Of a DNA stretch of 64,000 nt, positions 32,023 to 47,538 are shown piece after piece (positions within the stretch are counted from its first letter, which is position 1; every line of letters starts with the position of its first letter). The translations under genes and the position numbers were made by a program. The notes beneath the pieces are model-generated. The model saw only the letters and a list, made by a program, of their open reading frames with translations. It was not told where the DNA came from and made no database searches. This DNA is from an uncultured Gammaproteobacteria bacterium (GTDB lineage Bacteria; Pseudomonadota; Gammaproteobacteria; UBA4575): the NCBI GenBank assembly GCA_905479295.1, contig CAJQLY010000005.1, forward strand, positions 3,033 to 67,032. The letters are read 5' to 3'.

Positions 32023-32043
32023 AAAAACCCATACCTAGGGTTT
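32023..32043 (-). terminator. Candidate intrinsic terminator after parC
   Basis: The minus strand reads AAACCC-taggtat-GGGTTT followed by TT, giving a GGGTTTTT tail. It lies 5 nt after the parC stop. Confidence 0.4.
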
Positions 32044-32047
32044 AGTT

Positions 32048-34306
32048 TTATTTTTTACGTTCAATCTCAAGACGATCAACCGCTTGGTAACCACGCGCTA
32101 ACTTCTTGCCTCTACGTCCACGCTCAGCGGCATAGTCTTGTAGTTCACTCATTTTCATATTCTTATGTTTCTTACCACAATGGACTGTGGCAATATCGCC
32201 TTTGGCCACAACAGAGAAATGCCCCATCAATTCCTCACCCGACTTCAGTTTTGCCGATGGGATATTCATGACTTTGACACCTTTGCCCTTGGCTAATAGT
32301 GGGAAGTCAGAGACAGGACTAAATAACATAAAGCCTTCACTAGAGATCGAGAGCAGTTGGTCTTCTTTTAACGAAGATACCGGTACTGGCGGCAAGACGC
32401 TGGCACCTTCCGGTACATTAATAATCTTTTTACCGGCCTTATTACGTGAGTACAGATCAGACAGCGTACACACAAAGCCATAACCGAAGGTTGTTGCCAT
32501 GAAGTATTGCTGTTCTGGCGCACCACCCATCACCCCTATAAAGCTAGCACCATCGGCTGGATTAAAGCGTCCACTCAAGGATTCGCCCTGACCACGCGCT
32601 GAAGGCAAGCTACTAGCTAACAGGGTGTAGCCTCGACCTTTGCTATCAAGGAACACCAGTTGTTGATTACTACGGGCATAGACATGTGCTTGATAGGCAT
32701 CACCATTTTTATAGTTCAAGCCTTGCGCATCAACATCATGCCCCTTACCAGCACGCACCCAACCACGCTCAGATAGGATCGCAGTCAGCGGCTCAACTGG
32801 CATTAATTGTGTTTCATCTAGAGGCTGTGCTGCGGCACGCTTTACTACCTGTGAGCGACGTTCATCACCATAGGTTTCTAAATCTTCCTTAAGCTCTTTT
32901 TTGATCAAGGTTTTGAGCCGCGCACTAGAACCTAAGGTTTTTTCTAGGTAGTCACGCTCTTTATTTAGCTCATCTACTTCACCACGAATCTTGATTTCTT
33001 CCAGCTTGGCCAAGCGACGTAATTTGATCTCTAAAATTGCCTCGGCTTGGATATCACTCAGCTCAAAACGCTGTATCAATTCTTCTTTAGGTTTATCTTC
33101 AGTACGAATAATCGCAATGATTTCATCTAGATTGAGGTAGGCAATAAGCAAGCCTTCCAAGATATGTAGACGCTCATTAACACCGTTTAAACGCCACTGC
33201 AGCTTACGTGTCACGGTAGTGGTGCGGAACTGCAACCACTCAGTCAGAATCATGCGCAGATCTTTTACCTGCGGCCGGCCATTGATGCCAACAATATTCA
33301 TGTTGATACGGTAACTACGCTCGAGGTCAGTGGTTGCAAATAAATGCAACATCAAGGCATCAACATCGACTCGATTACTGCGTGGCATAATCACTAAACG
33401 AACTGGGTTTTCATGATCTGATTCATCACGCAAGTCTTCTACCATTGGTAGTTTCTTAGCATTCATCTGCTGTGCGATCTGTTCTTGCACACGCGAGCCT
33501 GACACTTGATATGGCAGCGCTGTAATAACAATACCCTGTGTCTCTTTGTGATAAACCGAGCGCATTTTTATTTGACCGCCACCAGTCGTATAGATACTAC
33601 GAATATCTTCTGTACTGGTAATGATCTCGCCATCTGATGGGTAATCTGGTGCCGTTACAAATTGGCATAATTCGTCAACAGTCGATTTCGGTTTATCCAA
33701 TAAATGGATACAGGCAGAGACCACTTCAGTCAGGTTGTGCGGTGGAATATCGGTCGACATACCAACTGCGATACCCATTGAACCATTCAACAGAATATTA
33801 GGTAGGCGTGCCGGTAAGACAATCGGCTCTTGTAGCGTGCCATCAAAGTTAGGCGCCCAATCTACCGTGCCCTGCCCCAGCTCTTGCAGCAGACTTTTAG
33901 CATAGCCAGTAAGACGTGATTCAGTGTATCGCATGGCAGCGAAAGACTTAGGGTCATCAGTAGAACCCCAGTTACCCTGGCCCTGCACCAGAGGATAACG
34001 ATAAGAAAATGACTGCGCCATCAAGACCATAGCTTCATAGCATGCGCTATCACCATGTGGATGGAATTTACCAATCACATCACCCACTGTCCGTGCAGAC
34101 TTTTTAGGCTTTGATGTCGCTGACAAACCCAGTTCAGACATGGCGTAGACAATACGCCTTTGCACTGGCTTCAAGCCATCGCCAATTTGCGGTAAAGCTC
34201 GATCCAAGATGACGTACATGGAGTAGTCGAGATAGGCTTTTTCAGTAAACGTATGCAGTGGCAAACGCTCAACATCGCCATAATCAAATTCTAGGTTGTC
34301 ACTCAT
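32048..34306 (-). CDS. parC: DNA topoisomerase IV subunit A
   Basis: 752-aa ORF with the type IIA active-site Tyr context AAMRYTE. It is called ParC rather than GyrA because of its length and its position next to a 627-aa ParE-type subunit. Confidence 0.94.
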   Translation of the reverse strand: MSDNLEFDYGDVERLPLHTFTEKAYLDYSMYVILDRALPQIGDGLKPVQRRIVYAMSELGLSATSKPKKSARTVGDVIGKFHPHGDSACYEAMVLMAQSFSYRYPLVQGQGNWGSTDDPKSFAAMRYTESRLTGYAKSLLQELGQGTVDWAPNFDGTLQEPIVLPARLPNILLNGSMGIAVGMSTDIPPHNLTEVVSACIHLLDKPKSTVDELCQFVTAPDYPSDGEIITSTEDIRSIYTTGGGQIKMRSVYHKETQGIVITALPYQVSGSRVQEQIAQQMNAKKLPMVEDLRDESDHENPVRLVIMPRSNRVDVDALMLHLFATTDLERSYRINMNIVGINGRPQVKDLRMILTEWLQFRTTTVTRKLQWRLNGVNERLHILEGLLIAYLNLDEIIAIIRTEDKPKEELIQRFELSDIQAEAILEIKLRRLAKLEEIKIRGEVDELNKERDYLEKTLGSSARLKTLIKKELKEDLETYGDERRSQVVKRAAAQPLDETQLMPVEPLTAILSERGWVRAGKGHDVDAQGLNYKNGDAYQAHVYARSNQQLVFLDSKGRGYTLLASSLPSARGQGESLSGRFNPADGASFIGVMGGAPEQQYFMATTFGYGFVCTLSDLYSRNKAGKKIINVPEGASVLPPVPVSSLKEDQLLSISSEGFMLFSPVSDFPLLAKGKGVKVMNIPSAKLKSGEELMGHFSVVAKGDIATVHCGKKHKNMKMSELQDYAAERGRRGKKLARGYQAVDRLEIERKK

Positions 34307-34351
34307 AGTCTGTTATCACTTACTCAAATTCATTAACACGGCTAACTTACG

Positions 34352-36241
<1,890 letters not shown>

Positions 36242-36414
36242 TCAGTTAGCAGCGCTCTTTCAAAAAAATAAGAATTCAGAATGCGGACAGCCGATCATAT
36301 CAAGCAGTACACTTCTACAAGCAGCAGGGACTCTACACAGCAAGCCCCGCATGCGCTGGCTAGTGTATACGAAACTGAAAGCAGAAAGCATCCCTTGATC
36401 TTTGGCTTAAAATC

Positions 36415-39400
36415 ATGAGTAGTCTAATCGATGCTACCCAGCCGCAAACTAATGCAAATATCTTTGCATCGGCCGGCTCAGGCAAAACCTATCTACTGAT
36501 TACCCGTATCTGCCGCCTGTTACTGGCTGGCGCTGAACCACAACACATTCTCGCCATCACCTTCACCCGAAAAGGGGCTGCCGAGATGCGTCAACGCTTA
36601 CACAGCACCCTACAAAACTGGGCACAATGGGATGAAGATAGGCTGCGCACAGCCTTAATTGCTATTAATGAGCCAGCAGACCAGGCACAGATTGCCTTGG
36701 CTCGTGATCTTTATGAGCGCGTGCTGTTTGCCGATCAAAACATACGCATCAGTACCTTTCATGCCTTTTGTGAGGATATTGTCCGCGCCTTCCCCTTGGA
36801 ATCGGCATTAGCAACCGGCTTTGATCTATGTGAAGAGGTCGCAGCACTACAGAGCCTGGCATTTAATCGATTATTACGTCTCAGTGAGCAGGCAAACGAG
36901 CAAAAATTATCTGAAGAAATCATCTGTTTAGCCCAATGGTGTACCAGTTATGCCACATTAGGAGACGTACTTAAGCTATTTTTGGATAAACAGAACGAAT
37001 GGCGTAGCTTCATCGATGGGCACAATTTAGAGCATGCCATGCACTGTCTAGATCAGCAGCATGAAAAGCTAGAGCCATTCGCCTCAGAATCTGAGTTGAT
37101 TAGAGCCAGCGAACAAGTGGCTGAGGTTTTTCGGCATGGTAGCGCTACTCAACAGGGCTTCACACTAGAAATTGAACATTTTATTCATGCTGACTTAGCC
37201 TTAGACCAGCGTCTTCTCAAACTATCCAACGTTTTTTACACTAAAGGTGACAAGGAACGCAGTCGCCATAAGCTATCTAAGCCCTTAATCAAAAAGGTTG
37301 GCACAGAGATAGCTGAACAGTGCTTAAAGGATATCGACTTACTCAAGTACAACTTAGATCTGGCGATTGAGACGGACAGACGTCAGGTTTATCGCCGTGT
37401 TAGTGCTGCTTGGTTTTACTGTGGCCAACGTCTGATCGAGGTTTTCCAAGAACTGAAGCGTGAACAGGGGCTAGTCGATTTTGCTGATTTGGAGTGGGAA
37501 ACGTTTCGACTATTACGTGATGAAGGTCAAGCATTGTGGGTGCAATATAAGTTAGGTATGCGTATTCGACACTATTTAGTCGATGAATTTCAAGATACTA
37601 ATCCAATCCAATGGCAGTTCTTGCAGCCACTACTACTCTCTTCTAAAGAGCAGTTGAGCGAGACACTAGATCCAGCAAGCTTGTTTTTAGTCGGTGATGT
37701 AAAACAGTCGATTTACGGTTTCCGTGGTGCCAACTCTAGCATCCAGCAATATGCAAATGAGTGGTCGCAACAAGAATATGGCAGCCAGCATTTCAATAAT
37801 GACCACTCATGGCGTTCGGCAGCGATCATTATTGATGCCGTCAACAAACTGTTCTCTCGTCTTGCTAGCCGTTTCCCGGCCTTTAGCACGCACCAATGCC
37901 AACATAGTGATCGCTGGGGTATGCTCGAAATCCATCCTCTTATTGAACAGGAAAAGCTGGCAAAACAAGCGCAACCAGTGAATGAGATCACTTTTCGCAA
38001 CCCCTTACTAGAGGCCAAGGTTGAGATTGAGGAGTCAGTCTATCTTGAAGAAGGTCGCCTAATTGCTAAACGCATCCAAGCATTAATCGATGAGGAAACC
38101 CCTATATTTGACGACGGCCATTATCGTGCCGCACGTTATAGTGATGTCCTCATTCTGTTGCGTAATCGAAGTAAGTTGAATGAACTTAAACTAGGCATGA
38201 ACGAGATGGACATCCCCTTCTTAGCCGACAGTAAGACTAGGCTTGCTGATTATTTAGAAATCAAAGACCTGCTAGCCCTATTACAAGTTTTAAAGAACCC
38301 GCTACATGATCTTGCCTTAGGTCACGTCCTCAAGAGCCCGATATTCAATATCGAAGACAACCAGCTGTTACAGCTACAGACATATGAAGCCAAATATTGG
38401 GCCCACAAACTGGCAGCATACAGCGCGAGTAATGAAGGTAAGCAACAAGATAGTTTGGAACAGGCTTATAGCACTTTACTTGAATGGCAAGCGCTGGCAG
38501 ATCATATACCCGTACATGATTTATTAAATATAATCTTTCAACAACGCGAACTGATTACTCGTTATCGCCAAGCTGTACCCTTGCATGATAGTGAACAAGT
38601 CATCGCAAGGCTTCAGCAATTCCTAAATATCAGTCTTGAAGCAAATAGTGGGCGCTACCCTAGCATCCAAAGTTTCCTGCGTTACTTCGAAGAAACTCAG
38701 CCAATCGCTGAGCTTAGTGCACAGGCACAAAACTGTGTGAATATCATGACCATACATTCAGCTAAGGGATTAGAGTCACCGATCGTCTTTTTAGCCAATA
38801 CTGGGCCACGCAAGACTGAAAGTGATCACTACACCGCACTCTGTGATTGGCCGGTAGAAGCAGATCGACCTAGCCATTTCTTATTGGCTGGCCCTCAAAG
38901 TAAGCGAACAGCGAGCATCAGCGATTTAAAAAATACTAGCCAATTAAAACAAGCAGAAGAATTAAATTTGCTCTATGTTGCGATCACTCGCAGCTGCCAA
39001 GCATTGATTGTTACCGGATGTATTACGCCTAGTAACAAGGGTGAAAGCTGGCATAGCCTGATGCAGGCCGCCTGGCTTACTGAGGATGATGAGCAACAAC
39101 TACTGTGGCAAAAACAAAGTGAGAACAAACCTAAACTGGGTCCAATGCCAGTGAATACCACAAGTGAATCTGTGATCACAACATCTAAACTAGATAAGAT
39201 AATTACACAGAAGTTAACGCCAAAACTCAGTCAACAAACTGCAATACCTGAGCGTGTAGGTGATGAAATAGCACGCCTACGCGGCATCATCTTGCACCAA
39301 TGTTTGGAGTGGATGAGCCAAGCACCCGGCTTATCTTCAGCAGATTGCCTACTTCGCCTAAAGACCCGTTATGACATACACGCTTTAGATTATTCTGACA

Positions 39401-39753
39401 TCCTGATCGAAGCGACAAACTGTATTCAAGACCCGGCGAACGCAGCAGTTTTTCAACTAGAATCAACGCAACAGGCCTTTAATGAGTTATCGATTGCCTC
39501 TGCACATAACCAACGACAGGAGGTGTTTATTATTGACCGCCTAATTGTCGACCACAATGAAATCCATATTATTGACTATAAAACAGAACCAGTTAAAGAC
39601 CAGCAAACAGCCCAATCAGAAGCCTTGAAACACCTCGCACAGCTGCAGCAATATGCACAGGCATTAGCACCCATTTATCCACAACGACGTATTCGCGGTA
39701 GCATCTTGTTCACACATGGCCCGTTCTTAGTCGATCTTAGCCTTAACACTTAA
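36415..39753 (+). CDS. AddA/RecB-like UvrD-family helicase fused to a C-terminal PD-(D/E)XK nuclease
   Basis: 1112-aa ORF with Walker A (ASAGSGKTY), helicase motif II (VDEFQDTNP) and motif VI (LYVAITRS). The C-terminal nuclease motif is IIDRLIV...IHIIDYKT. Confidence 0.8.
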   Translation: MSSLIDATQPQTNANIFASAGSGKTYLLITRICRLLLAGAEPQHILAITFTRKGAAEMRQRLHSTLQNWAQWDEDRLRTALIAINEPADQAQIALARDLYERVLFADQNIRISTFHAFCEDIVRAFPLESALATGFDLCEEVAALQSLAFNRLLRLSEQANEQKLSEEIICLAQWCTSYATLGDVLKLFLDKQNEWRSFIDGHNLEHAMHCLDQQHEKLEPFASESELIRASEQVAEVFRHGSATQQGFTLEIEHFIHADLALDQRLLKLSNVFYTKGDKERSRHKLSKPLIKKVGTEIAEQCLKDIDLLKYNLDLAIETDRRQVYRRVSAAWFYCGQRLIEVFQELKREQGLVDFADLEWETFRLLRDEGQALWVQYKLGMRIRHYLVDEFQDTNPIQWQFLQPLLLSSKEQLSETLDPASLFLVGDVKQSIYGFRGANSSIQQYANEWSQQEYGSQHFNNDHSWRSAAIIIDAVNKLFSRLASRFPAFSTHQCQHSDRWGMLEIHPLIEQEKLAKQAQPVNEITFRNPLLEAKVEIEESVYLEEGRLIAKRIQALIDEETPIFDDGHYRAARYSDVLILLRNRSKLNELKLGMNEMDIPFLADSKTRLADYLEIKDLLALLQVLKNPLHDLALGHVLKSPIFNIEDNQLLQLQTYEAKYWAHKLAAYSASNEGKQQDSLEQAYSTLLEWQALADHIPVHDLLNIIFQQRELITRYRQAVPLHDSEQVIARLQQFLNISLEANSGRYPSIQSFLRYFEETQPIAELSAQAQNCVNIMTIHSAKGLESPIVFLANTGPRKTESDHYTALCDWPVEADRPSHFLLAGPQSKRTASISDLKNTSQLKQAEELNLLYVAITRSCQALIVTGCITPSNKGESWHSLMQAAWLTEDDEQQLLWQKQSENKPKLGPMPVNTTSESVITTSKLDKIITQKLTPKLSQQTAIPERVGDEIARLRGIILHQCLEWMSQAPGLSSADCLLRLKTRYDIHALDYSDILIEATNCIQDPANAAVFQLESTQQAFNELSIASAHNQRQEVFIIDRLIVDHNEIHIIDYKTEPVKDQQTAQSEALKHLAQLQQYAQALAPIYPQRRIRGSILFTHGPFLVDLSLNT

Positions 39754-39760
39754 AAGACAC

Positions 39761-39785
39761 GTTAAGCCTAGAATCTAGGCTTAAC
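39761..39785. terminator. Perfect 11-bp hairpin between convergent addA-like gene and dsbC (possible bidirectional terminator)
   Basis: Stem GTTAAGCCTAG and CTAGGCTTAAC around the loop aat. It overlaps the dsbC stop codon. There is no strong U-tract. Confidence 0.45.
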
Positions 39786-40515
39786 GCGCGGCGTCTAGTT
39801 GTTGTGCCAACTCTGCTGGTGGGACGAAGCCAGGAATCAAGGTACCGTCTTCAAGCAGGATTGCAGGGGTTCCATTAACCCCTACCTTCTGACCCAATGC
39901 ATAATGCTCAGCCACTGGATTAGCACAATCTTTGGCCTCTACCTCTTTGCCTAGCTTAGCTTCGGTGAGTGCCTTTTCGCGATCAGCGCTACACCAGACA
40001 GCAACCGCCTTTCGATAACCTTCACCGTCTAAACCTTTACGCGGGAACATCAAATAATTGACAGCAATACCGTAACTCGCGTAGCTATCCATCTGATTGT
40101 GTAATTTACGGCAATAGGTGCAATTAATATCGGTAAAGATAGTCACTGTATGTCGCGGTTTTTCAGCACCAAATCGCAGTGGCGTTTGCGCGTTCACTTC
40201 TTGCATATAATTTTTTCTAGCCTGATTAGTCGCCAGCGCAGTCAAATTGCGCTTACCATCATGCATATCCATCACCACACCCTGTATCAGGTAACGCCCA
40301 TCAACCGATATATAGATCACTTGTGTACCATATAATGCTTGATACCAGCCGGTCATAGGCGCTGGTGTAATAGAGTCTGGGCTATAGGCTGGAAAGCCTT
40401 CAAGCAGCTTAGCACGCAGGCGCTGAATATCGCTCGCAGGATCAGCAAACGTGCTGAATGATAGCGCTGCTAAACACAGCATCAGGGATAAACGTCGAAA
40501 CATATTAATTCTCAT
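39781..40515 (-). CDS. dsbC: Thiol:disulfide interchange protein DsbC
   Basis: 244-aa ORF with a signal peptide and the CxxC motif in DINCTYCRKLH. It is adjacent to xerD as in E. coli. Confidence 0.9.
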   Translation of the reverse strand: MRINMFRRLSLMLCLAALSFSTFADPASDIQRLRAKLLEGFPAYSPDSITPAPMTGWYQALYGTQVIYISVDGRYLIQGVVMDMHDGKRNLTALATNQARKNYMQEVNAQTPLRFGAEKPRHTVTIFTDINCTYCRKLHNQMDSYASYGIAVNYLMFPRKGLDGEGYRKAVAVWCSADREKALTEAKLGKEVEAKDCANPVAEHYALGQKVGVNGTPAILLEDGTLIPGFVPPAELAQQLDAAR

Positions 40516-40555
40516 CTTAGTATGAAATCAAAAAATCAGCCGAAGCATACTCTAC

Positions 40556-41476
40556 TTAGCCGCGTGGATGATGCTGTTTATGCAGTGCCTGCAATCGCGC
40601 TCTGGCGATATGAGTGTACACCTGCGTTGTAGAAAGATCGCTATGCCCAAGTAATAATTGTACGACACGCAGATCGGCACCATGATTCAATAAATGTGTC
40701 GCAAAGGCATGACGCAGGGTATGTGGGCTTAAAGATTTCTCAATGCCTGCAGCAGCAGCATGACGTTTAATCAAGTGCCAAAAGGTCTGTCGTGTCATTG
40801 CAGTTTTTCGATTACTGACAAACAGGGCAGGACTCTCTGTACTACCTTTTAATAGTTCTGGGCGTGCTTCTTCTAGATAGCGCTCAATCCAATCACTAGC
40901 CTGCTCACCAAAGGGAATTAAACGTTCTTTACTACCCTTACCCAAAACGCGAATCACACCGGTACGTAAGTTGACCTGCTGTAATAATAGCCCGACTAAT
41001 TCAGACACCCGTAAACCACAGGCATATAACAACTCCAACATCGCACGGTCGCGCAAACCAGCCGCGGTCTCAATATCTGGGGCTAGCAACAACTGCTCAA
41101 CGTCATCCTCCGTAAGCACCTCGGGTAAATGTCGCGCACTTTTAGGGAATTCAATTTCAGCACTAGGATCTATCTTAAGGCGATGAATACGCACTTGAAA
41201 CCGATAAAAACGTCGAATACTACTTAATAGCCTAGCTGCAGAACTAGCCTTAATACCTTTTGAGACCTTATGTGAAAGGAAACCCAATAAATCATGTCGC
41301 TGCGCTTTGAGCAGATGGCTATTCGAGTGACTAAGCCAAACATCAAGCTGGACTAGATCAGCACGATAGGCATTTAGAGTGTTTTTACTCAGCCCATACT
41401 CAATCCATAGATGATCAATGAAGGCCTCTAAGGCCTGCCCATTTTCACTCTCTCTATGTTCTTCGTTTTCTGCCAT
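40556..41476 (-). CDS. xerD: Site-specific tyrosine recombinase XerD
   Basis: 306-aa ORF with the catalytic signature HTLRHAFATHLL...LLGHSDLSTTQVYTH. It lies in the xerD-dsbC context. Confidence 0.92.
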   Translation of the reverse strand: MAENEEHRESENGQALEAFIDHLWIEYGLSKNTLNAYRADLVQLDVWLSHSNSHLLKAQRHDLLGFLSHKVSKGIKASSAARLLSSIRRFYRFQVRIHRLKIDPSAEIEFPKSARHLPEVLTEDDVEQLLLAPDIETAAGLRDRAMLELLYACGLRVSELVGLLLQQVNLRTGVIRVLGKGSKERLIPFGEQASDWIERYLEEARPELLKGSTESPALFVSNRKTAMTRQTFWHLIKRHAAAAGIEKSLSPHTLRHAFATHLLNHGADLRVVQLLLGHSDLSTTQVYTHIARARLQALHKQHHPRG

Positions 41477-41596
41477 AAAGGTTCCATCTGTACACGATGC
41501 TATTTTAGCATCCCCAGATCAGGTAACAGCGCGCTATACTAGCGTCCAATTATTTTGCTCTAGCAATGTCACATTGTAGAGTAAGCCCAGTATGAA

Positions 41597-42064
41597 TTGA
41601 ATTTTCAGCCATCGCATAACAAAAATGACGAGAAAGCCATGACCGATCAAGACCTTCAAATGAAACCCGTAGGCCTTATTAAGCGCTTTGCCTGTATGTT
41701 TTATGACGGCATCCTGCTCATCCCTGTTTTATTCTTTGCTGCCGTCTTGGTCGTTGTACCAACCAGCATGAACTCTGAACACCCTTATTACGTCCTATTT
41801 ATTGCCTATGTCTATGCGATTAGCTTTGTCTTCTTTGCTTGGTGTTGGACGCATGGTGGTCAAACATTAGGCCTAAAGACCTGGCGTTTACGTTTAGTTA
41901 CCAGTGAGGGCCAACCAGTCAATTGGAAGCAGTCTGGTTTACGCTTCATTGGTTCCTGTCTCTGCTGGCTTAGCGCTGGCATCGGCTTTCTTTGGTGTTA
42001 TACCAATAAAGAGCGCTTGGCCTGGAATGACCTATTATCAAACACTTACATTCGGCGTGATTAA
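41597..42064 (+). CDS. RDD-family membrane protein
   Basis: 155-aa ORF with three hydrophobic segments. The motif GGQTLGLKTWRLRLV is typical of the RDD family. The start codon is uncertain. Confidence 0.7.
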   Translation: MNFQPSHNKNDEKAMTDQDLQMKPVGLIKRFACMFYDGILLIPVLFFAAVLVVVPTSMNSEHPYYVLFIAYVYAISFVFFAWCWTHGGQTLGLKTWRLRLVTSEGQPVNWKQSGLRFIGSCLCWLSAGIGFLWCYTNKERLAWNDLLSNTYIRRD

Positions 42065-42199
42065 ATCCCAATCATTGGAATAATAAAATAGAAGGGATAA
42101 CAACATAGAATCAATATAAGCCGTAGCACGCCGCTACTAGCCTATTGATCGTGCTATATTTTCGACTAAAGTGACATTTAAATCTTAGGAGTATTAGAG

Positions 42200-43693
42200 A
42201 TGCAATTCAGTGTAAGCCGCAATCCCGTAGCTCAGGAAAAAACCGCCTGTGCAATCGTTGCAGTCCATGCCACCCGTCTCAGTGCAGAGGCACAGATCTT
42301 AGATAAACTTTATCAAGGTCATTTAAGCCAAGCAGTAAAGGCTGGCGACCTGGCTAGTAAACGAGGTGCCACACTGAGTCTATTTATGCCTAAAGCTAGC
42401 AATCATAAACGCGTACTGTTAGTACAACTAGGCAAGGAAAAAACACTTTCCATCATCGCCTTTAAAAGCCTAATGCAATCGGTTGCTAAGGCAGTACATG
42501 CTACTAATGCAAGTAATGCACTTAGCCTGCTGATGAGCTTGAACGTTGATGACAGTAGCCCACGCGCCATAGCACGACTACAGAGTACGATATTCAGCGA
42601 TAGCTTGTATCAGTACAGCGAAACCTTTTCCAAAGAAAAGTCAGTACATAAGTTAAAACGCATCACCCTACATTGCTCTGATAATGCAACTTTGCGCCAA
42701 ATACAAACTGGTTGCGCACAGGGTAAGGCAATAGCTTCAGGTATGGCAGTAACCAAACATTTAGGTGATCTACCAGCTAATATTTGCACACCGACACATC
42801 TCGCAGATGAAGCAAAGGCGATTAAAAAAGGTAATAAACGTCTATCGGTGCAGGTCTTAAACGAAGCTGAAATGAAAAAGTTAGGCATGGGCTCACTACT
42901 CTCTGTCTCTGCCGGCAGCGCCGAACAGGCAAAGCTTATCGCCATGCAATATAAAGGTGCGGCAGCCAGCAAGAAACCGATAGTACTAATTGGTAAGGGT
43001 ATTACCTTTGACACCGGTGGTATCTCATTAAAGCAGGGAGCCGGTATGGATGAGATGAAGTTTGATATGTGTGGCGCCGCTACCGTATTAGGCTTAATGA
43101 AAACACTAGCTGAACTTGATCTACCTATTAATGTTGTCGGCATTGTCGCCGCCGCAGAAAATATGCCAGGTAGTAAAGCAACCAAGCCAGGGGATGTCGT
43201 TACCTCGATGTCTGGACAGACAATTGAAATCCTGAATACCGATGCAGAAGGTCGCTTAGTCCTCTGTGATGCTCTCACCTATGCTGCACGTTATAAGCCG
43301 GATGTAGTTATCGATATGGCCACTCTAACCGGCGCTTGCATCGTCGCACTTGGCTTTGAAGCCTGTGGCCTGATGTCGAACTCAGATCAACTGAGTGCAG
43401 ATCTACTCGCATCAGGACAGGCTAGTGCTGACCGTGCTTGGCGTCTACCAATTTGGGATGAGTACCAATCCAGCCTAGACAGTAATTTTGCCGATATGGC
43501 AAATATTGGTAGTGGTCGTTGGGCTGGAGCGATTACGGCTGGTTGTTTCCTTGAGCGCTTTGCTAAAGATTACCAATGGGCGCATTTAGATATCGCCGGT
43601 GTTGCTTGGAATATGGGTAAAAATAAAGGCGCTACCGCAAGACCAGTGCCTCTACTTACTGAGTACCTCTTGCGTCGAGCCAAACAGGCCTAG
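42200..43693 (+). CDS. pepA: Leucyl aminopeptidase (M17)
   Basis: 497-aa ORF with the M17 signature NTDAEGRLVLCD. It lies in pepA-holC-valS order. Confidence 0.96.
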   Translation: MQFSVSRNPVAQEKTACAIVAVHATRLSAEAQILDKLYQGHLSQAVKAGDLASKRGATLSLFMPKASNHKRVLLVQLGKEKTLSIIAFKSLMQSVAKAVHATNASNALSLLMSLNVDDSSPRAIARLQSTIFSDSLYQYSETFSKEKSVHKLKRITLHCSDNATLRQIQTGCAQGKAIASGMAVTKHLGDLPANICTPTHLADEAKAIKKGNKRLSVQVLNEAEMKKLGMGSLLSVSAGSAEQAKLIAMQYKGAAASKKPIVLIGKGITFDTGGISLKQGAGMDEMKFDMCGAATVLGLMKTLAELDLPINVVGIVAAAENMPGSKATKPGDVVTSMSGQTIEILNTDAEGRLVLCDALTYAARYKPDVVIDMATLTGACIVALGFEACGLMSNSDQLSADLLASGQASADRAWRLPIWDEYQSSLDSNFADMANIGSGRWAGAITAGCFLERFAKDYQWAHLDIAGVAWNMGKNKGATARPVPLLTEYLLRRAKQA

Positions 43694-43722
43694 ACCCAAA
43701 TAAGCACTATAGATAAAACCAA

Positions 43723-44145
43723 ATGCCACAGATCGACTTTTATGTACTGCAGGATGATACTGCAGATAGCCATCTACGCTATGCCTGTAGATTAGTAGAA
43801 AAGGCTTATACCTTGGGTATGCAGGTCTATATCCGCAGTGCAGATGAAGCCATGACGGATCGATTAGATGAGTTGCTCTGGGTGTTTCGCGATCAAAGTT
43901 TTATCCCACATCAACGAGAAGAAGATGCGGCACAACCCTGTGCCGTTATCGTCAATCACACTACGCCACCTAAGCACCGTGAAATCATGATCAATCTGAG
44001 TTTGGACGTCAGTCCTGATTATGCAGATTATGATCGCTTGATCGAGGTGGTCAGTGCCGTCAATGAGATTAAGCAAGCAGGTCGTGAACGTTTTCGTCAC
44101 TACAGCCAGCAGAGCTACCAACCTAAGCATCACGCAGTCAGTTAA
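43723..44145 (+). CDS. holC: DNA polymerase III subunit chi
   Basis: 140-aa ORF with an N-terminus (IDFYVL...RLVEKAY) typical of chi. It lies between pepA and valS. Confidence 0.88.
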   Translation: MPQIDFYVLQDDTADSHLRYACRLVEKAYTLGMQVYIRSADEAMTDRLDELLWVFRDQSFIPHQREEDAAQPCAVIVNHTTPPKHREIMINLSLDVSPDYADYDRLIEVVSAVNEIKQAGRERFRHYSQQSYQPKHHAVS

Positions 44146-44329
44146 ATCACCGGGCTTGTACTCAAGTCATGTCCTACAAACCGCGCAACAATGCTAGACT
44201 AAGCAGGCTGGTCATAGGGGATTCCCTGGTAATCTGTAATACAGAAAAATCTCCTATAAAATAAGCAATACATTGGCCTCTGGTCGTAGCCACACAATCA
44301 AAACAAGCGTTTAGGATTACAAAAACACT

Positions 44330-47089
<2,760 letters not shown>

Positions 47090-47121
47090 GCACTTTTAAA
47101 AATGCTTAGATCTCGCCTGCT

Positions 47122-47538
47122 TTATTTATTAGCAAAGACGCTTTGCTCTTCACGGAAGCATTTAAACTCTAAAAAATTAGCGCTAGGGTCTTGAATAAAG
47201 AAGGTGCGCTGCTCACCGACTTCACCGGCAAAGCGGGTATAGGGCTGAATGCTGAATATCATCCCTTCTTGCTTAAGATGTGCCAATAGTTCATCCCACT
47301 GATCCCAAAGTAGAACCATCCCAAAGTGACGTGATGGCACCGCCTTTTCGTCAACTGCATTATGTGCGCATGAGCCTTCTAAGGATTCATCGAGATGCGC
47401 ACTAATCTGGTGACCGAAGAAATCAAAATCTATCCAACGTAGGTCTTCACGACCTACTTCACAACGCAGCATCTGCGTATAAAACGCTCGCGTAGCAGCG
47501 ATATCTTTAACTGGAAAGGCTAAATGAAAAGGTTGCAT
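47122..47538 (-). CDS. VOC (glyoxalase/bleomycin-resistance/dioxygenase) family protein
   Basis: 138-aa ORF whose N-terminus FHLAFPVKDIAATRAFY resembles a VOC beta-alpha-beta-beta-beta module. It overlaps the tsaB stop by 1 nt. Confidence 0.65.
   Translation of the reverse strand: MQPFHLAFPVKDIAATRAFYTQMLRCEVGREDLRWIDFDFFGHQISAHLDESLEGSCAHNAVDEKAVPSRHFGMVLLWDQWDELLAHLKQEGMIFSIQPYTRFAGEVGEQRTFFIQDPSANFLEFKCFREEQSVFANK

Noticed and set aside
40556-41476. A tyrosine recombinase here could be an integrase marking a mobile element.
   Set aside because: Its sequence motifs and the xerD-dsbC context identify it as the housekeeping chromosome-dimer resolvase XerD. There are no flanking repeats or cargo genes.
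42610-43278. A 222-aa ORF runs antisense to pepA.
   Set aside because: It lies entirely within a strongly supported M17 aminopeptidase gene. Its composition is low-complexity and Ser/Pro/Ala/Ile-rich, typical of shadow ORFs, and it has no motif.
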